Assembly (NCBI GenBank): GCA_025355085.1
Contig: JANXLQ010000095.1
Location: forward strand, 229 to 64,228
Source of the DNA: Rhodopila sp.
GTDB lineage: Bacteria > Pseudomonadota > Alphaproteobacteria > Acetobacterales > Acetobacteraceae
Reading direction: 5' to 3'
DNA: 64,000 nucleotides
The first letter of the stretch is position 1; each line of letters begins with the position of its first letter. Under the pieces are notes generated by a model, which saw only the letters and a program-made list of their open reading frames with translations, made no database searches and was not told where the DNA came from. Below, piece after piece: positions 49,173 to 58,086 of the stretch. The translations under genes were made by a program, and so were the position numbers.

Positions 49173-49189
49173 CCCGGCGTGGGGTCAGG
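49168..49189 (+). terminator. Hairpin at the end of the cassette
   Basis: cctgaccc-ggcgtg-gggtcagg overlaps the TGA at 49170-49172 and is followed by a T-containing tail (gcgtctttcacttt). Confidence 0.5.
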
Positions 49190-49260
49190 CAAGTCGCGTC
49201 TTTCACTTTAGGGCTATGTCGCCTACGCTGACATCATCCAAAAAACTAAAGGGATGACGT

Positions 49261-50913
49261 ATGCGAACCGCCGATGCCATCGTTGAAATCCTCAAGCGCG
49301 AGGGTGTATCCACACTTTTTTGCTTCCCAACGACACCGTTGATCGAAAATGCGGTCGCCGCTGGCATTCGCCCCATCATCTGCCGGCAAGAGCGGGTCGG
49401 CGTCGATATGGCCGACGGATTCGCTCGGGTCACCAACGGCAAGCCCCCCGGTGTTTTCATGATGCAATATGGGCCCGGCTCCGAAAACGCCTTTCCTGGC
49501 ATCGCCACGACTTATTCCGATAGCGTCCCGGTCTTGTTCCTGCCGCTGGCACACGCCCGCGACCAATCCCAGGTCTTCCCGACGTTCAGTTCCAACAGGA
49601 CCTACGCCTCGGTTACCAAGCAGGTCGAAGAAATCGTCGTTCCGCACGCGACGACCTCGGCGATGCGCCGGGCGTTTAATGCGTTGCGTAATGGTCGCCC
49701 AGGTCCGGTTATGGTCGAGGTTCCCCGCGATATCGTCGATCTCGACGCAGGTGAGGACGCAATGTCTTACCGGCCAATCCCGCCAACCATTTCCGCACCC
49801 AACCATCAGGATGTCGATGCGGCGGCAAAGCTTCTGCTCGCCGCCTCGCATCCCATGATCCTGGCCGGACAGGGCGTACTGTACGCCGAGGCGTCCGATG
49901 AACTGACCGAACTCGCGGACCTGCTTCAAGCCCCGGTCATGACGACGGTGGACGGAAAAAGCGCGTTCCCCGAGGACCATCCCTTGGCCCTTGGGTCTGG
50001 CGGCAATACGTTCAATGGGCCGGGCCGTTTGTTCCTGCACACGAAGACGGATCTGATTTTTGGAATCGGCTGCGGCTTTACCAAGCATCCTCTGACGACA
50101 CCGACGTTGCCCGCGAACGTGCCGATTATCCACGCGACGAACGATTCGCGGGATTTGCATAAGTCCTACCAGACCGAAGTGGCGCTGCTAGGAGACGCCA
50201 AGCTTACGCTGATATGCCTGATCGCCGCGGTCAAAGACCGTTTGGGCGGGAAGTTGCTCAACCGGTCTCCGGCAGCAGAGTTGGCGGCGGAACGGGAGGC
50301 GTGGCTGGCCCGTTGGCATGCGAAATTGAGTAGTTCGGAAACCCCGATGACGCCGTATCGTGTCATGTCGGAGTTCATTCGTGTGGTCGATCCGGCCGGA
50401 GCTATCGTGACTCACGATTCCGGCAGTCCCCGCGACCAACTGCTGCCGTTTTATCGGGCCACAAAGCCGCGTGGTTATTTGGGTTGGGGCAAATCGCATC
50501 AGCTTGGAACTGGGTTGGGCCTGATCATCGGGGCGAAGGTGGCCGCGCCGGACAAATTCTGCGTCAACTTCATGGGCGATGCGGCGTTCGGAATGACCGG
50601 CCTGGACCTTGAAACCGCCGTCCGTGCGGGCATTCCGAGCCTGACGATCGTGCTGAACAACAGCACCATGGCCATCGAAATTCCTCACATGAAGCTGTCG
50701 CACGAAAAGCATAAGGCGCGGGACCTTGGCGGCAGATACGCCGATCTTGCCAGGGATCTGGGTGCATGGTCAGAGCGTGTTGCCGATCCCGGCGACATCG
50801 CCAACGCCATCCTGCGTGCCAGACGGGCGACCGAGGACGGTCAGACAGCTTTGCTGGAGTTCATGACCAGCGCGGAGACAACCTTCTCCCACCGCAACGG
50901 CGGCGAAACGTAG
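49261..50913 (+). CDS. thiamine pyrophosphate-dependent enzyme (acetolactate synthase-like family)
   Basis: N-terminal TPP-Pyr domain (ADAIVEILKREGVSTLFCFP..GFARVTNGKPGVF) and a C-terminal GDAAFGMTG..NN TPP-binding motif. Confidence 0.8.
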   Translation: MRTADAIVEILKREGVSTLFCFPTTPLIENAVAAGIRPIICRQERVGVDMADGFARVTNGKPPGVFMMQYGPGSENAFPGIATTYSDSVPVLFLPLAHARDQSQVFPTFSSNRTYASVTKQVEEIVVPHATTSAMRRAFNALRNGRPGPVMVEVPRDIVDLDAGEDAMSYRPIPPTISAPNHQDVDAAAKLLLAASHPMILAGQGVLYAEASDELTELADLLQAPVMTTVDGKSAFPEDHPLALGSGGNTFNGPGRLFLHTKTDLIFGIGCGFTKHPLTTPTLPANVPIIHATNDSRDLHKSYQTEVALLGDAKLTLICLIAAVKDRLGGKLLNRSPAAELAAEREAWLARWHAKLSSSETPMTPYRVMSEFIRVVDPAGAIVTHDSGSPRDQLLPFYRATKPRGYLGWGKSHQLGTGLGLIIGAKVAAPDKFCVNFMGDAAFGMTGLDLETAVRAGIPSLTIVLNNSTMAIEIPHMKLSHEKHKARDLGGRYADLARDLGAWSERVADPGDIANAILRARRATEDGQTALLEFMTSAETTFSHRNGGET

Positions 50914-50919
50914 CAGCAC

Positions 50920-50950
50920 GATCATCCGAGATATAAAATCTCGGATGATC
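50920..50950. terminator. Bidirectional terminator hairpin
   Basis: gatcatccgagat-ataaa-atctcggatgatc, a perfect 13-bp stem between convergent genes. Confidence 0.6.
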
Positions 50951-50955
50951 CCGCT

Positions 50956-51414
50956 TTACCGCCGGTAAGGCAAAGGCAGCAGCGTCCTGATGGGTAGTTT
51001 GATCAGGACGCCGGCGTCCTTGACGATGATCGTTGCCTGGGGCGCGTGGTCCAGGATCATCTCCCGGCAGGCGCCACATGGGGCAACTACTGCGAGTTCG
51101 CGATTTTCTTCCTCGGGTTTCGGATGCCTGACGGCGACCGCCGTTTCGATCGTCCCGTCGCCGTCCAACACCGCCCGCCCAAAGGCAACCGCCTCGGCAC
51201 AAACAGATAATCGTCCGACCGTCGTCCCGATATGCAGGCCGGTCCAAATCCGGCCATCCCGAGAGCGAATCGCGGCTGCGACCATGTGCCAGAAGGGCCG
51301 GTAATGGACCTCCAGCACCGCGTTCGCCGCCGCGATCAGTTCATGGTCGCGGTCTGTCAGCACGACATCCGGCAGGATCGAATCATTCAGCCGCTTCGGC
51401 TTCTTCGTTGTCAT
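50956..51414 (-). CDS. cytidine/deoxycytidylate deaminase family protein
   Basis: Zinc motifs CAEAVAFG and PCGACRE. Start chosen at ATG 51414, which overlaps the recA 3' end; a later GTG is possible. Confidence 0.7.
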   Translation of the reverse strand: MTTKKPKRLNDSILPDVVLTDRDHELIAAANAVLEVHYRPFWHMVAAAIRSRDGRIWTGLHIGTTVGRLSVCAEAVAFGRAVLDGDGTIETAVAVRHPKPEEENRELAVVAPCGACREMILDHAPQATIIVKDAGVLIKLPIRTLLPLPYRR

Positions 51415-52480
51415 CGGGCGCGGCCAGCATCGTGTTCGCAATGACACCCGATTGATCTCGCACCTTCGCCTCGATGGCATCCGCGAGGGATTTGTGCTCG
51501 CGGAGGAACTGCTTTGCGTTCTCTCGCCCTTGACCGATGCGCTGACTGTCGTAGCTGAACCATGCACCGGACTTTTCCACGATTGCAGCCTTCACACCAA
51601 GATCGAGCAGCTCGCCGACCTTACTGATTCCCTCACCATACATGATGTCGAACTCAACCTGGCGGAATGGCGGCGCAAGCTTGTTTTTGACCACTTTGAC
51701 GCGGGTCTGGTTGCCGACGACCTCCTCACGCTCCTTGATCTGACCGATGCGGCGGATTTCCAACCGGACCGACGCATAGAACTTCAAGGCGTTACCGCCG
51801 GTCGTCGTCTCGGGATTGCCGAACATCACCCCGATCTTCATGCGAATCTGATTCAGGAAAATCAGCATGCAGTTGCTGCGGCTGACGCTACCGGTGATCT
51901 TGCGAAGTGCCTGGCTCATCAGCCTGGCATGCAAGCCCATGTGGCTGTCGCCCATCTCCCCTTCCAGTTCCGCGCGTGGCACCAGGGCGGCAACGCTGTC
52001 CACCACCAGAACGTCGATCGCGCCTGAACGGACCAACGTATCGGCGATTTCCAGTGCCTGTTCGCCGCAGTCCGGTTGACTGATCAACAGGTTATCTACG
52101 TCCACGCCCAGTTTGCGCGCATACGTCGGGTCCAGGGCATGTTCCGCATCGATGAACGCGCAGGTTCCGCCGCGTTTCTGGGCTTCCGCGATAGCGTGCA
52201 GCGCCAATGTGGTCTTGCCGGAGCTTTCCGGGCCATAAATCTCGACGATGCGACCGCGCGGCAACCCACCGATGCCGAGTGCTAAATCGAGCCCGAGTGA
52301 ACCCGAGGGGATCACTTCGTGTTGCTCATCTCCCGTTCGCGCACCCATGCGCATGATCGAACCCTTGCCGAAGGCCCGCTCTATTTGCGCCATCGCGGCG
52401 TCGAGTGCCTTATTTTTTTCCATTCCGCCCATTCCTAGGTTCGATATCACCGCAGGCTTTGTCGCAGGTTTTACACTCAT
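51383..52480 (-). CDS. recA: recombinase RecA
   Basis: [32 protein letters not shown] and IDAEHALDP. Confidence 0.97.
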   Translation of the reverse strand: MSVKPATKPAVISNLGMGGMEKNKALDAAMAQIERAFGKGSIMRMGARTGDEQHEVIPSGSLGLDLALGIGGLPRGRIVEIYGPESSGKTTLALHAIAEAQKRGGTCAFIDAEHALDPTYARKLGVDVDNLLISQPDCGEQALEIADTLVRSGAIDVLVVDSVAALVPRAELEGEMGDSHMGLHARLMSQALRKITGSVSRSNCMLIFLNQIRMKIGVMFGNPETTTGGNALKFYASVRLEIRRIGQIKEREEVVGNQTRVKVVKNKLAPPFRQVEFDIMYGEGISKVGELLDLGVKAAIVEKSGAWFSYDSQRIGQGRENAKQFLREHKSLADAIEAKVRDQSGVIANTMLAAPDDNEEAEAAE

Positions 52481-52584
52481 AGGATGTCCATATACAACTT
52501 ATACGCGCGGGATATTATATCGGGCGATCCCGGTTTCCCGTCAATCTTTGTAATCACAATGTTCCGCGCCCATTCACAAAGCAA

Positions 52585-52599
52585 GAACTTTATGAGAAC
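52585..52599 (-). promoter_or_regulatory. Alphaproteobacterial LexA (SOS) box upstream of recA
   Basis: gaactttatgagaac equals GTTC-N7-GTTC on the recA strand, about 105 nt upstream of the start. A second, imperfect box gttccgcgcccattc lies at 52561-52575. Confidence 0.6.
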
Positions 52600-52761
52600 A
52601 ACCGCATGAAACTTTCAATCTGTCGCGCACATTCCTCTGCCCTGAAGAACTTGGCGAATAACCAACGCGAAGCATCATCTTTGCCGTCCGATTCGGGAAA
52701 GCCCGATTACGCAACCCGATGATCCAAAATCCCCGCCAGTCGCCCCGTTCGTGCTATCTTA

Positions 52762-53832
52762 TCATAAAATCGCTTGCCCCGTACCACGCAGGCGCCAAAC
52801 ATATGCGATTATCTCTGCTACCACCTTGAAGTGCTCGGCCGGAATTTCAGTGTCGAGATCAAGCAGGTGAAGCGCGCGCGCAAGCGGCGGGTTGGCAACG
52901 ATGGGCACCCCGTTGGCCGCTGCGACCTCGCGTATGCGGGCGGCAAGAGAGTCCGTCCCCTTGGCCACGATGCGAGGTGCCGGGTTATTCGTGCGATCAT
53001 ACGCAAGTGCGACAGCGTAATGCGTCGGATTGGTGACGATCACCGTTGCGGTCGGTACTTTCGACATCATGCGTTGGCGGGCCCGCATGACGCGAATGCG
53101 GCGAATGCGCGCCTTCATGTGGGGATTTCCGTCGGTATCTTTCATTTCGTCGCGGATATCTTGCTTGCTCATGCGCATATCCCGCATGTGGCGGAAGCGC
53201 ACCCACATCAGATCGATTGCCGCGATCAGGGCCTGCGTACACAGACCCGCGACAAACAGATGGGTCACCGGCCGGATAATCGCCGGCAGCAGCCGATGCG
53301 GGTCCTGCCAGGGCATACCGATCAGGCGCGGCCAGTCGCCCCTGACAGCGAACCACATCGATGCAATCAGCAATCCCAGCTTGCCCAGGGACTTAGCCAC
53401 CTCCACAAGGCCGTTGAAGCCGAACACCCGCTTCAGTCCGGCCATCGGGTTGACGCGCGAAACCTTCGGCTGAAGGCTTCCGAGGTGCAGAAGAAAATTG
53501 GTCTGCAGCAACACGGCCGCAGCTCCGGCGAGCATCGCACCGGCAAGAACCGGGGCGATCGCACCCAGCACCCTCAAAGCTGTTGATACAAGCTGGCTCG
53601 ATCCCAGCATGTAAGCCTCGCCTGTATGGGCGAGAAACGCGACCATATCCGGAAGCACACGCCGTACCATGGCCTGCGATTGATAAAGAAGAAGCATAAC
53701 CACGACCGCCATTGTGGCGAACGTCACCACCTCGCGCGATACCGCGACCTGCCCTTTCTCCCGTGCCTGGTCCAGGTGCCGAGATGTTGCAGCCTCGGTT
53801 CGGTCTTCGCTGGATTGGTCGCCCCCTGCCAT
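52762..53832 (-). CDS. flhB: flagellar type III export protein FlhB
   Basis: The NPTH autocleavage motif (VIVTNPTHYAVAL) and four TM segments. Confidence 0.93.
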   Translation of the reverse strand: MAGGDQSSEDRTEAATSRHLDQAREKGQVAVSREVVTFATMAVVVMLLLYQSQAMVRRVLPDMVAFLAHTGEAYMLGSSQLVSTALRVLGAIAPVLAGAMLAGAAAVLLQTNFLLHLGSLQPKVSRVNPMAGLKRVFGFNGLVEVAKSLGKLGLLIASMWFAVRGDWPRLIGMPWQDPHRLLPAIIRPVTHLFVAGLCTQALIAAIDLMWVRFRHMRDMRMSKQDIRDEMKDTDGNPHMKARIRRIRVMRARQRMMSKVPTATVIVTNPTHYAVALAYDRTNNPAPRIVAKGTDSLAARIREVAAANGVPIVANPPLARALHLLDLDTEIPAEHFKVVAEIIAYVWRLRGTGQAIL

Positions 53833-53835
53833 GGA

Positions 53836-54606
53836 TCAGCCGCCGCCCGGCAGGGTCATGAAAAACGATTGCGTGCTATCGCGCCACGCCAGAAGAATGG
53901 CACTCGCGGTCATCGTCAGCAAAGCAAGGCCGGTCATGATCTGCCCGGGCATGGACACGAAATAGATTTGCATGCGCGACGCGACCCGCGCGAGTTGACC
54001 CATTGCCAAATTCCAGGCAACGGCAAGCACCACGAAAGGTGACGCAAGTTGAAGTGCCAGACTGAACCCCTTGCCAACCGCTCGGATAGCAACCTCGGTA
54101 CTATCCGCGGCCGGTAGCATCTGGCCGGGGGGGATCAGTTCGAACAATCCAACCAAAGCGCCCAACGGAAGCCTGTACAGGCCGGTCAGCAAGATCAGGA
54201 CTGGCGCGGCCATCTCAAAAAGTTTTCCCAGCACACTGGATTGGGCGCCAAGTTCCGGATCTGGTTGAAGAACACTGGATAGGCCGATCAGATATCCGAT
54301 GAACTGCGCGCCGACCGGTAGCGCCAGGACAATCATCCGCGCGAGCCAGCCAAACCAAAGTCCCGTAATGACTTCGCCGGCGATCATCAGGCCCATGCTC
54401 AAACCCGCAGCCGGGACTGGCGGCATCATCGGCTGAAGTTCCGGCAGCAACAGCACCGTAATGCTCAGGGCCAGCCCGATCCTTACAACCCCCGGCGCGG
54501 TAGCCTCTCCAATGCCCGGCAGCAAGGCCATCGCCGCCCCTATCCTTGCCAGTACAAGCGCAAAGGCCGGTGCCCAATCCAACAATTCGGCAAGGAGTGG
54601 ATTCAT
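53836..54606 (-). CDS. fliR: flagellar export protein FliR
   Basis: 256 aa polytopic protein between fliQ and flhB. Confidence 0.9.
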   Translation of the reverse strand: MNPLLAELLDWAPAFALVLARIGAAMALLPGIGEATAPGVVRIGLALSITVLLLPELQPMMPPVPAAGLSMGLMIAGEVITGLWFGWLARMIVLALPVGAQFIGYLIGLSSVLQPDPELGAQSSVLGKLFEMAAPVLILLTGLYRLPLGALVGLFELIPPGQMLPAADSTEVAIRAVGKGFSLALQLASPFVVLAVAWNLAMGQLARVASRMQIYFVSMPGQIMTGLALLTMTASAILLAWRDSTQSFFMTLPGGG

Positions 54607-54875
54607 GATCCCCCGATCGCGACAATCCGGTCGAACACCCGATGCGAAAACCCGGATAGAGTCGCCGCCATAAAGGGGCCAAGCATCATAAGAGCGATGC
54701 CGATCGCCACGACTTTGGGCAGAAATGCCAACGTGGCCTCATTGATCTGGGTAATGGCCTGAACGAACGAAACCACAAGACCCACGACGAGAGCGACACC
54801 GAGAATCGGAAAACCAAGCTTCATCGTTACCATCAGCATGTCATGAATCACAGCCGCGACGTCGGTGTCGCTCAT
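54603..54875 (-). CDS. fliQ: flagellar export protein FliQ
   Basis: 90 aa with two TM segments and AITQINEATLAFLPK. Confidence 0.92.
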   Translation of the reverse strand: MSDTDVAAVIHDMLMVTMKLGFPILGVALVVGLVVSFVQAITQINEATLAFLPKVVAIGIALMMLGPFMAATLSGFSHRVFDRIVAIGGS

Positions 54876-54878
54876 GGT

Positions 54879-55190
54879 TCAGATCGGCATTTTCATGATG
54901 TCCTGGTAGGCCTGAACCACCCTGTCGCGAATGACCGTCGCAGTTTGCAATGTCATTTCAGCGTGCGATAATGCTGTAACCACATCCGTCAGATTACCGC
55001 CGCCGCCGATCGCCTTCATCGCTTGATCGTCAGCCGTGCGACCCGTTTGAACGGCCTGATCCAGCGCCTGAGTGACCGCCGCGCCAAAATGCTTCGATAC
55101 ATCCGCCGGCGCTCCGCCGCTACGGGCGGTCCTGCCATATGCCTCGGCCGCCGCCGAAGGCGTAATGACCATGGTCGGGATCGTCGTCAT
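54879..55190 (-). CDS. fliE: flagellar hook-basal body complex protein FliE
   Basis: 103 aa with a C-terminal LSHAEMTLQTATVIRDRVVQAYQDIMKMPI. Confidence 0.85.
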   Translation of the reverse strand: MTTIPTMVITPSAAAEAYGRTARSGGAPADVSKHFGAAVTQALDQAVQTGRTADDQAMKAIGGGGNLTDVVTALSHAEMTLQTATVIRDRVVQAYQDIMKMPI

Positions 55191-55600
55191 TTCAGAAGAT
55201 CGATCGTCTTGTTAAGCATGCCGCGTGTCGCCTGCATGACAGCCAGATTGGCGCTGTAGGATCTCTCCGCCTCCCGCATGTCCATAACTTCGATGAAACT
55301 GTTGACGTTCGGCAGTTTCACATAGCCCTGTGGGTTGGAGGCTGGGTTCGCGGGATCGTAGCGCAACGGCAAATCGCTGCCGTCAGTGCCAATATTTTTG
55401 ACTTGAACCGTTTGCACACCGGCTGCCCGGTCCATTGCACTTTCGAATGAGATCGTTTGCCGCCGATAGGGATCGGAACCCGGCGACGATCCCGTAGTGT
55501 CCTGATTGGCGATATTCTGGGCAATCACCCGCAATCGCGCGGTTTGCGCATCCATGCCGGTCGCCGACACATGCAGTGTCCGATTAAGGTCGCCTGCCAT
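55187..55600 (-). CDS. flgC: flagellar basal-body rod protein FlgC
   Basis: SATGMDAQTARLRVIAQNIAN and a C-terminal YSANLAVMQATRGMLNKTIDL. Confidence 0.92.
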   Translation of the reverse strand: MAGDLNRTLHVSATGMDAQTARLRVIAQNIANQDTTGSSPGSDPYRRQTISFESAMDRAAGVQTVQVKNIGTDGSDLPLRYDPANPASNPQGYVKLPNVNSFIEVMDMREAERSYSANLAVMQATRGMLNKTIDLLK

Positions 55601-55602
55601 GG

Positions 55603-55995
55603 CTAGCCCGACCGACCAAGAGCCATACTGAACATCCCCATGTATTTCTTCCAGATCGTGGTAACCAAGGCCTGCGTGGTTTCGGTATCGGCAACCTTCG
55701 TCAACTGTTGGTCCAGTGCCACGGTATTGCCGTCAAGCGCCCGCGCTTTCGCCGGATCGATGAGTAAAGACGACAGCCCGCCTGCTGCCGTTCCGGCCAA
55801 ATGGTTAGGCTGAGTCCTCGCCGGCTCGATCGCGCCAGTCCCTGACAAAATACGATCGAATGATTGGATATCGCGCGCTTGGAATGCAGGTGTATTGACG
55901 TTCGCGATATTCGCCGCCAACACGCCCTGCCGTTGGGCGGTCCAGGCAAGACGCTTTGCCGCTAGATCGAACAAGCCAATTTGGGAGGGGTCCAT
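55603..55995 (-). CDS. flgB: flagellar basal-body rod protein FlgB
   Basis: RQGVLAANIANVNTPAFQARD. Start is ATG 55995 inside ORF 55603..56226. Confidence 0.88.
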   Translation of the reverse strand: MDPSQIGLFDLAAKRLAWTAQRQGVLAANIANVNTPAFQARDIQSFDRILSGTGAIEPARTQPNHLAGTAAGGLSSLLIDPAKARALDGNTVALDQQLTKVADTETTQALVTTIWKKYMGMFSMALGRSG

Positions 55996-56018
55996 AACCC
56001 CAATCTGACGGAGAAAGG

Positions 56019-56057
56019 TTAACAAAAAGTTAAGAACCGGCATTAAGTATTTCTTAA
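56019..56057. promoter_or_regulatory. Two CtrA-type boxes (TTAA-N7-TTAA) in the flgB / fliO divergent promoter region
   Basis: ttaacaaaaagttaa (56019-56033) and ttaagtatttcttaa (56043-56057), both perfect. Confidence 0.5.
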
Positions 56058-56142
56058 CCCCCATACCCTCAAATAGCTGCATGCGAACCAATGCAGCTTC
56101 CTTACCATTACTGAAGGCGTCAGCCGCAAATCGGCCGGCCAG

Positions 56143-56397
56143 ATGACCGTGCAACCGATATTGCTGGTCATCGGCGCACTGCTCGGCGTCCTCGCGCTGA
56201 TCGGGGCAGCAACCCGGCTTTTCCAATTCAGCCTGTGGAGGTCACAGCCACGACCGGGGCGACTGCTGGTTTTGCGGGAATCCATTGCCCTGGACCCGCG
56301 CCGCCGCATTCATCTCGTGCAATGCGGCCAACGGCAGGTGGTACTGCTTACGGGTGGGGGACAGGACGTCGTGATCGGCTGGATGCAAGACCCATGA
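56143..56397 (+). CDS. fliO: flagellar biosynthesis protein FliO
   Basis: 84 aa with a single TM segment (ILLVIGALLGVLALIGAA). ATGA-coupled to fliP. Confidence 0.6.
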   Translation: MTVQPILLVIGALLGVLALIGAATRLFQFSLWRSQPRPGRLLVLRESIALDPRRRIHLVQCGQRQVVLLTGGGQDVVIGWMQDP

Positions 56398-57137
56398 GGG
56401 TTTTCCTGTGGATATTCCTAACCTTGATCGTTTTGATACCAGCCGCCGGGCATAGCCAGTCCGTCAACATCGATCTCGGCGCCCCCGGCCAGGCCGGCGC
56501 AACCGCTCGGATTGTCCAACTCACCGCCCTCGTCACCCTGTTGTCCCTGGCACCAAGCCTGCTGGTGATGACAACGGCATTTACGAGGATCGTGATTGTA
56601 TTGTCGCTGCTGCGCAGTGCGCTGAGTACCCAAGGCACCCCTCCCAACGTCATCCTGATCGGGTTGGCCCTGTTCCTGTCGTTCTTCGTCATGGAACCGG
56701 CAATGACCCAAGCCTGGACCGCCGGAATTCAGCCGATGACCGAAGGGCGCGTCACGGAAATCGAGGGACTGCGGCTTGCGGTGGAGCCATTTCACACCTT
56801 CATGGCTGACAACGTCCGAGACGACGATCTCAATTTTTTCCAGGACCTTGGCCATTTACCCCCGTCGCCAGACCAGGCGTCCATCTCATGGCGCGCCCTC
56901 GTGCCTGCGTTCATCGTCGGCGAGTTACGACGAGCCTTCGAAATGGGATTCCTACTCTTTCTGCCGTTCCTGATCATCGACGTTGTCGTCGCCAGCGTGC
57001 TGATGAGCCTCGGGATGATGATGCTTCCACCCAGCGCCGTCTCACTGCCCTTTAAGCTCATTTTCTTCGTACTGATCGATGGATGGCGTCTGGTCGCGGG
57101 TAGCCTCATTCAAAGCTTCGTTACCGGCGGAACATGA
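56394..57137 (+). CDS. fliP: flagellar export protein FliP
   Basis: Signal peptide, then LSLAPSLLVMTTAFTRIVIVLSLLRSALSTQGTPPN and FLLFLPFLIIDVVVASVLMSLGMMMLPP. Confidence 0.93.
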   Translation: MRVFLWIFLTLIVLIPAAGHSQSVNIDLGAPGQAGATARIVQLTALVTLLSLAPSLLVMTTAFTRIVIVLSLLRSALSTQGTPPNVILIGLALFLSFFVMEPAMTQAWTAGIQPMTEGRVTEIEGLRLAVEPFHTFMADNVRDDDLNFFQDLGHLPPSPDQASISWRALVPAFIVGELRRAFEMGFLLFLPFLIIDVVVASVLMSLGMMMLPPSAVSLPFKLIFFVLIDGWRLVAGSLIQSFVTGGT

Positions 57138-57204
57138 CCGGTTGTCAATCCATCGCGACAGGTGGCGGCGACGGTCGTCCAGGTGTCGCCAACTCATGAG
57201 AAAT

Positions 57205-57250
57205 CCTCCAAAAAGAGATTCCCAGTGTCCGGTAATCTCTTGTCTGGAGG
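57205..57250 (+). promoter_or_regulatory. 5'-UTR hairpin pairing the mscL Shine-Dalgarno with an upstream CCUCC
   Basis: cctcca(57205-10)..agagatt(57214-20)..aatctct(57234-40)..tggagg(57245-50). The GGAGG lies 10 nt before ATG 57261. Confidence 0.4.
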
Positions 57251-57260
57251 ACTCAACGAT

Positions 57261-57695
57261 ATGCTCTCGCCCAAAAGACCCACCTGGCTAACCGAGTTCC
57301 GCGACTTCATCATGCGCGGAAACGTGGTCGATCTGGCAGTCGGCGTCATCATCGGCGCGGCCTTCACCGGCGTCGTCGGCAGCTTGGTAAAAGATGTCTT
57401 CAATCCCCTGCTCGGTCTGCTCACCGGTGGCGTGGATTTCTCGAACGTCTTTTACTCACTCAACGGTCAGCATTACGTCACCCTTGCCGACGCTCAAAAA
57501 GCTGGCGCCGCAACCCTGAACGCCGGCTTGTTCATCAACGCGATTATCCAGTTCCTGATCGTCAGCTTCGCAATCTTCTGGATGGTCAAAGGCCTGTCGA
57601 AGCTGATTGTCGGAAAGGCGGCTGAACCAGCCGGCCCCACGAAATCCGAACTGCTGTTGGGTGAAATCCGCGACTTGCTCAAAGCGAAGGAATGA
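57261..57695 (+). CDS. mscL: large-conductance mechanosensitive channel
   Basis: [41 protein letters not shown]. Confidence 0.9.
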   Translation: MLSPKRPTWLTEFRDFIMRGNVVDLAVGVIIGAAFTGVVGSLVKDVFNPLLGLLTGGVDFSNVFYSLNGQHYVTLADAQKAGAATLNAGLFINAIIQFLIVSFAIFWMVKGLSKLIVGKAAEPAGPTKSELLLGEIRDLLKAKE

Positions 57696-57699
57696 AACC

Positions 57700-57727
57700 G
57701 GTTTGGGTGGCATCGGCCACCCAAACC
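57700..57727. terminator. Bidirectional terminator hairpin
   Basis: ggtttgggtggc-atcg-gccacccaaacc, a perfect 12-bp stem between convergent mscL and the DUF1150 gene. Confidence 0.6.
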
Positions 57728-57735
57728 AACCGGCT

Positions 57736-58086
57736 TTAGTGAACCGAAAGCGCCAGCATCTCGTGCTGCATCACGGCCGCCAAAGCGACATCCCTGTTGC
57801 CTGCGACCGCCATCGGCGTGCCATCGGCAGCGTGAATCGCAAATCCTTGCACTCCATTCACCATCACCGGTTTAACATAGGCGATGTGCGAAACACCGAG
57901 GGCTGCAAGCTGCTGCTCCGATAAGTGCCGTACATCGAATGTAACAACCTCCTGAACGGGAGCGGCGACATCGGTCTGGTCATTTGAGTTCATGTTCATG
58001 GCTTCTGTACTCCTCATTTGCGACAGCCTTTCAAAAGCGCCGTCGATATCTTCCACGCGCGGGTCCATCGGACGCCGCTTCGTCAT
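57736..58086 (-). CDS. DUF1150-like small protein co-transcribed with hsp20
   Basis: C-terminal HIAYVKPVMVNGVQGFAIHAADGTPMAVAGNRDVALAAVMQHEM. 4-nt overlap with the hsp20 stop. The family was recalled from memory. Confidence 0.6.
   Translation of the reverse strand: MTKRRPMDPRVEDIDGAFERLSQMRSTEAMNMNSNDQTDVAAPVQEVVTFDVRHLSEQQLAALGVSHIAYVKPVMVNGVQGFAIHAADGTPMAVAGNRDVALAAVMQHEMLALSVH

Larger units (their letters stand above)
24640..49189 (+). mobile_element. Phage-derived structural-gene cassette (head plus contractile tail plus fibres); prophage remnant or domesticated particle locus
   Basis: 25 co-directional, closely packed or overlapping ORFs with phage structural signatures. G+C is visibly lower than in the flanks. 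The cassette starts about 25 bp before the candidate terL ATG and ends at a hairpin directly after the last ORF. Both flanks are core genes (tgt and a TPP enzyme). Confidence 0.8.

Noticed and set aside
49246-50160. 304-aa - strand ORF
   Set aside because: It is antisense to the TPP-dependent enzyme, which has clear TPP-binding motifs.
52774-53586. 270-aa + strand ORF
   Set aside because: It is antisense to flhB.
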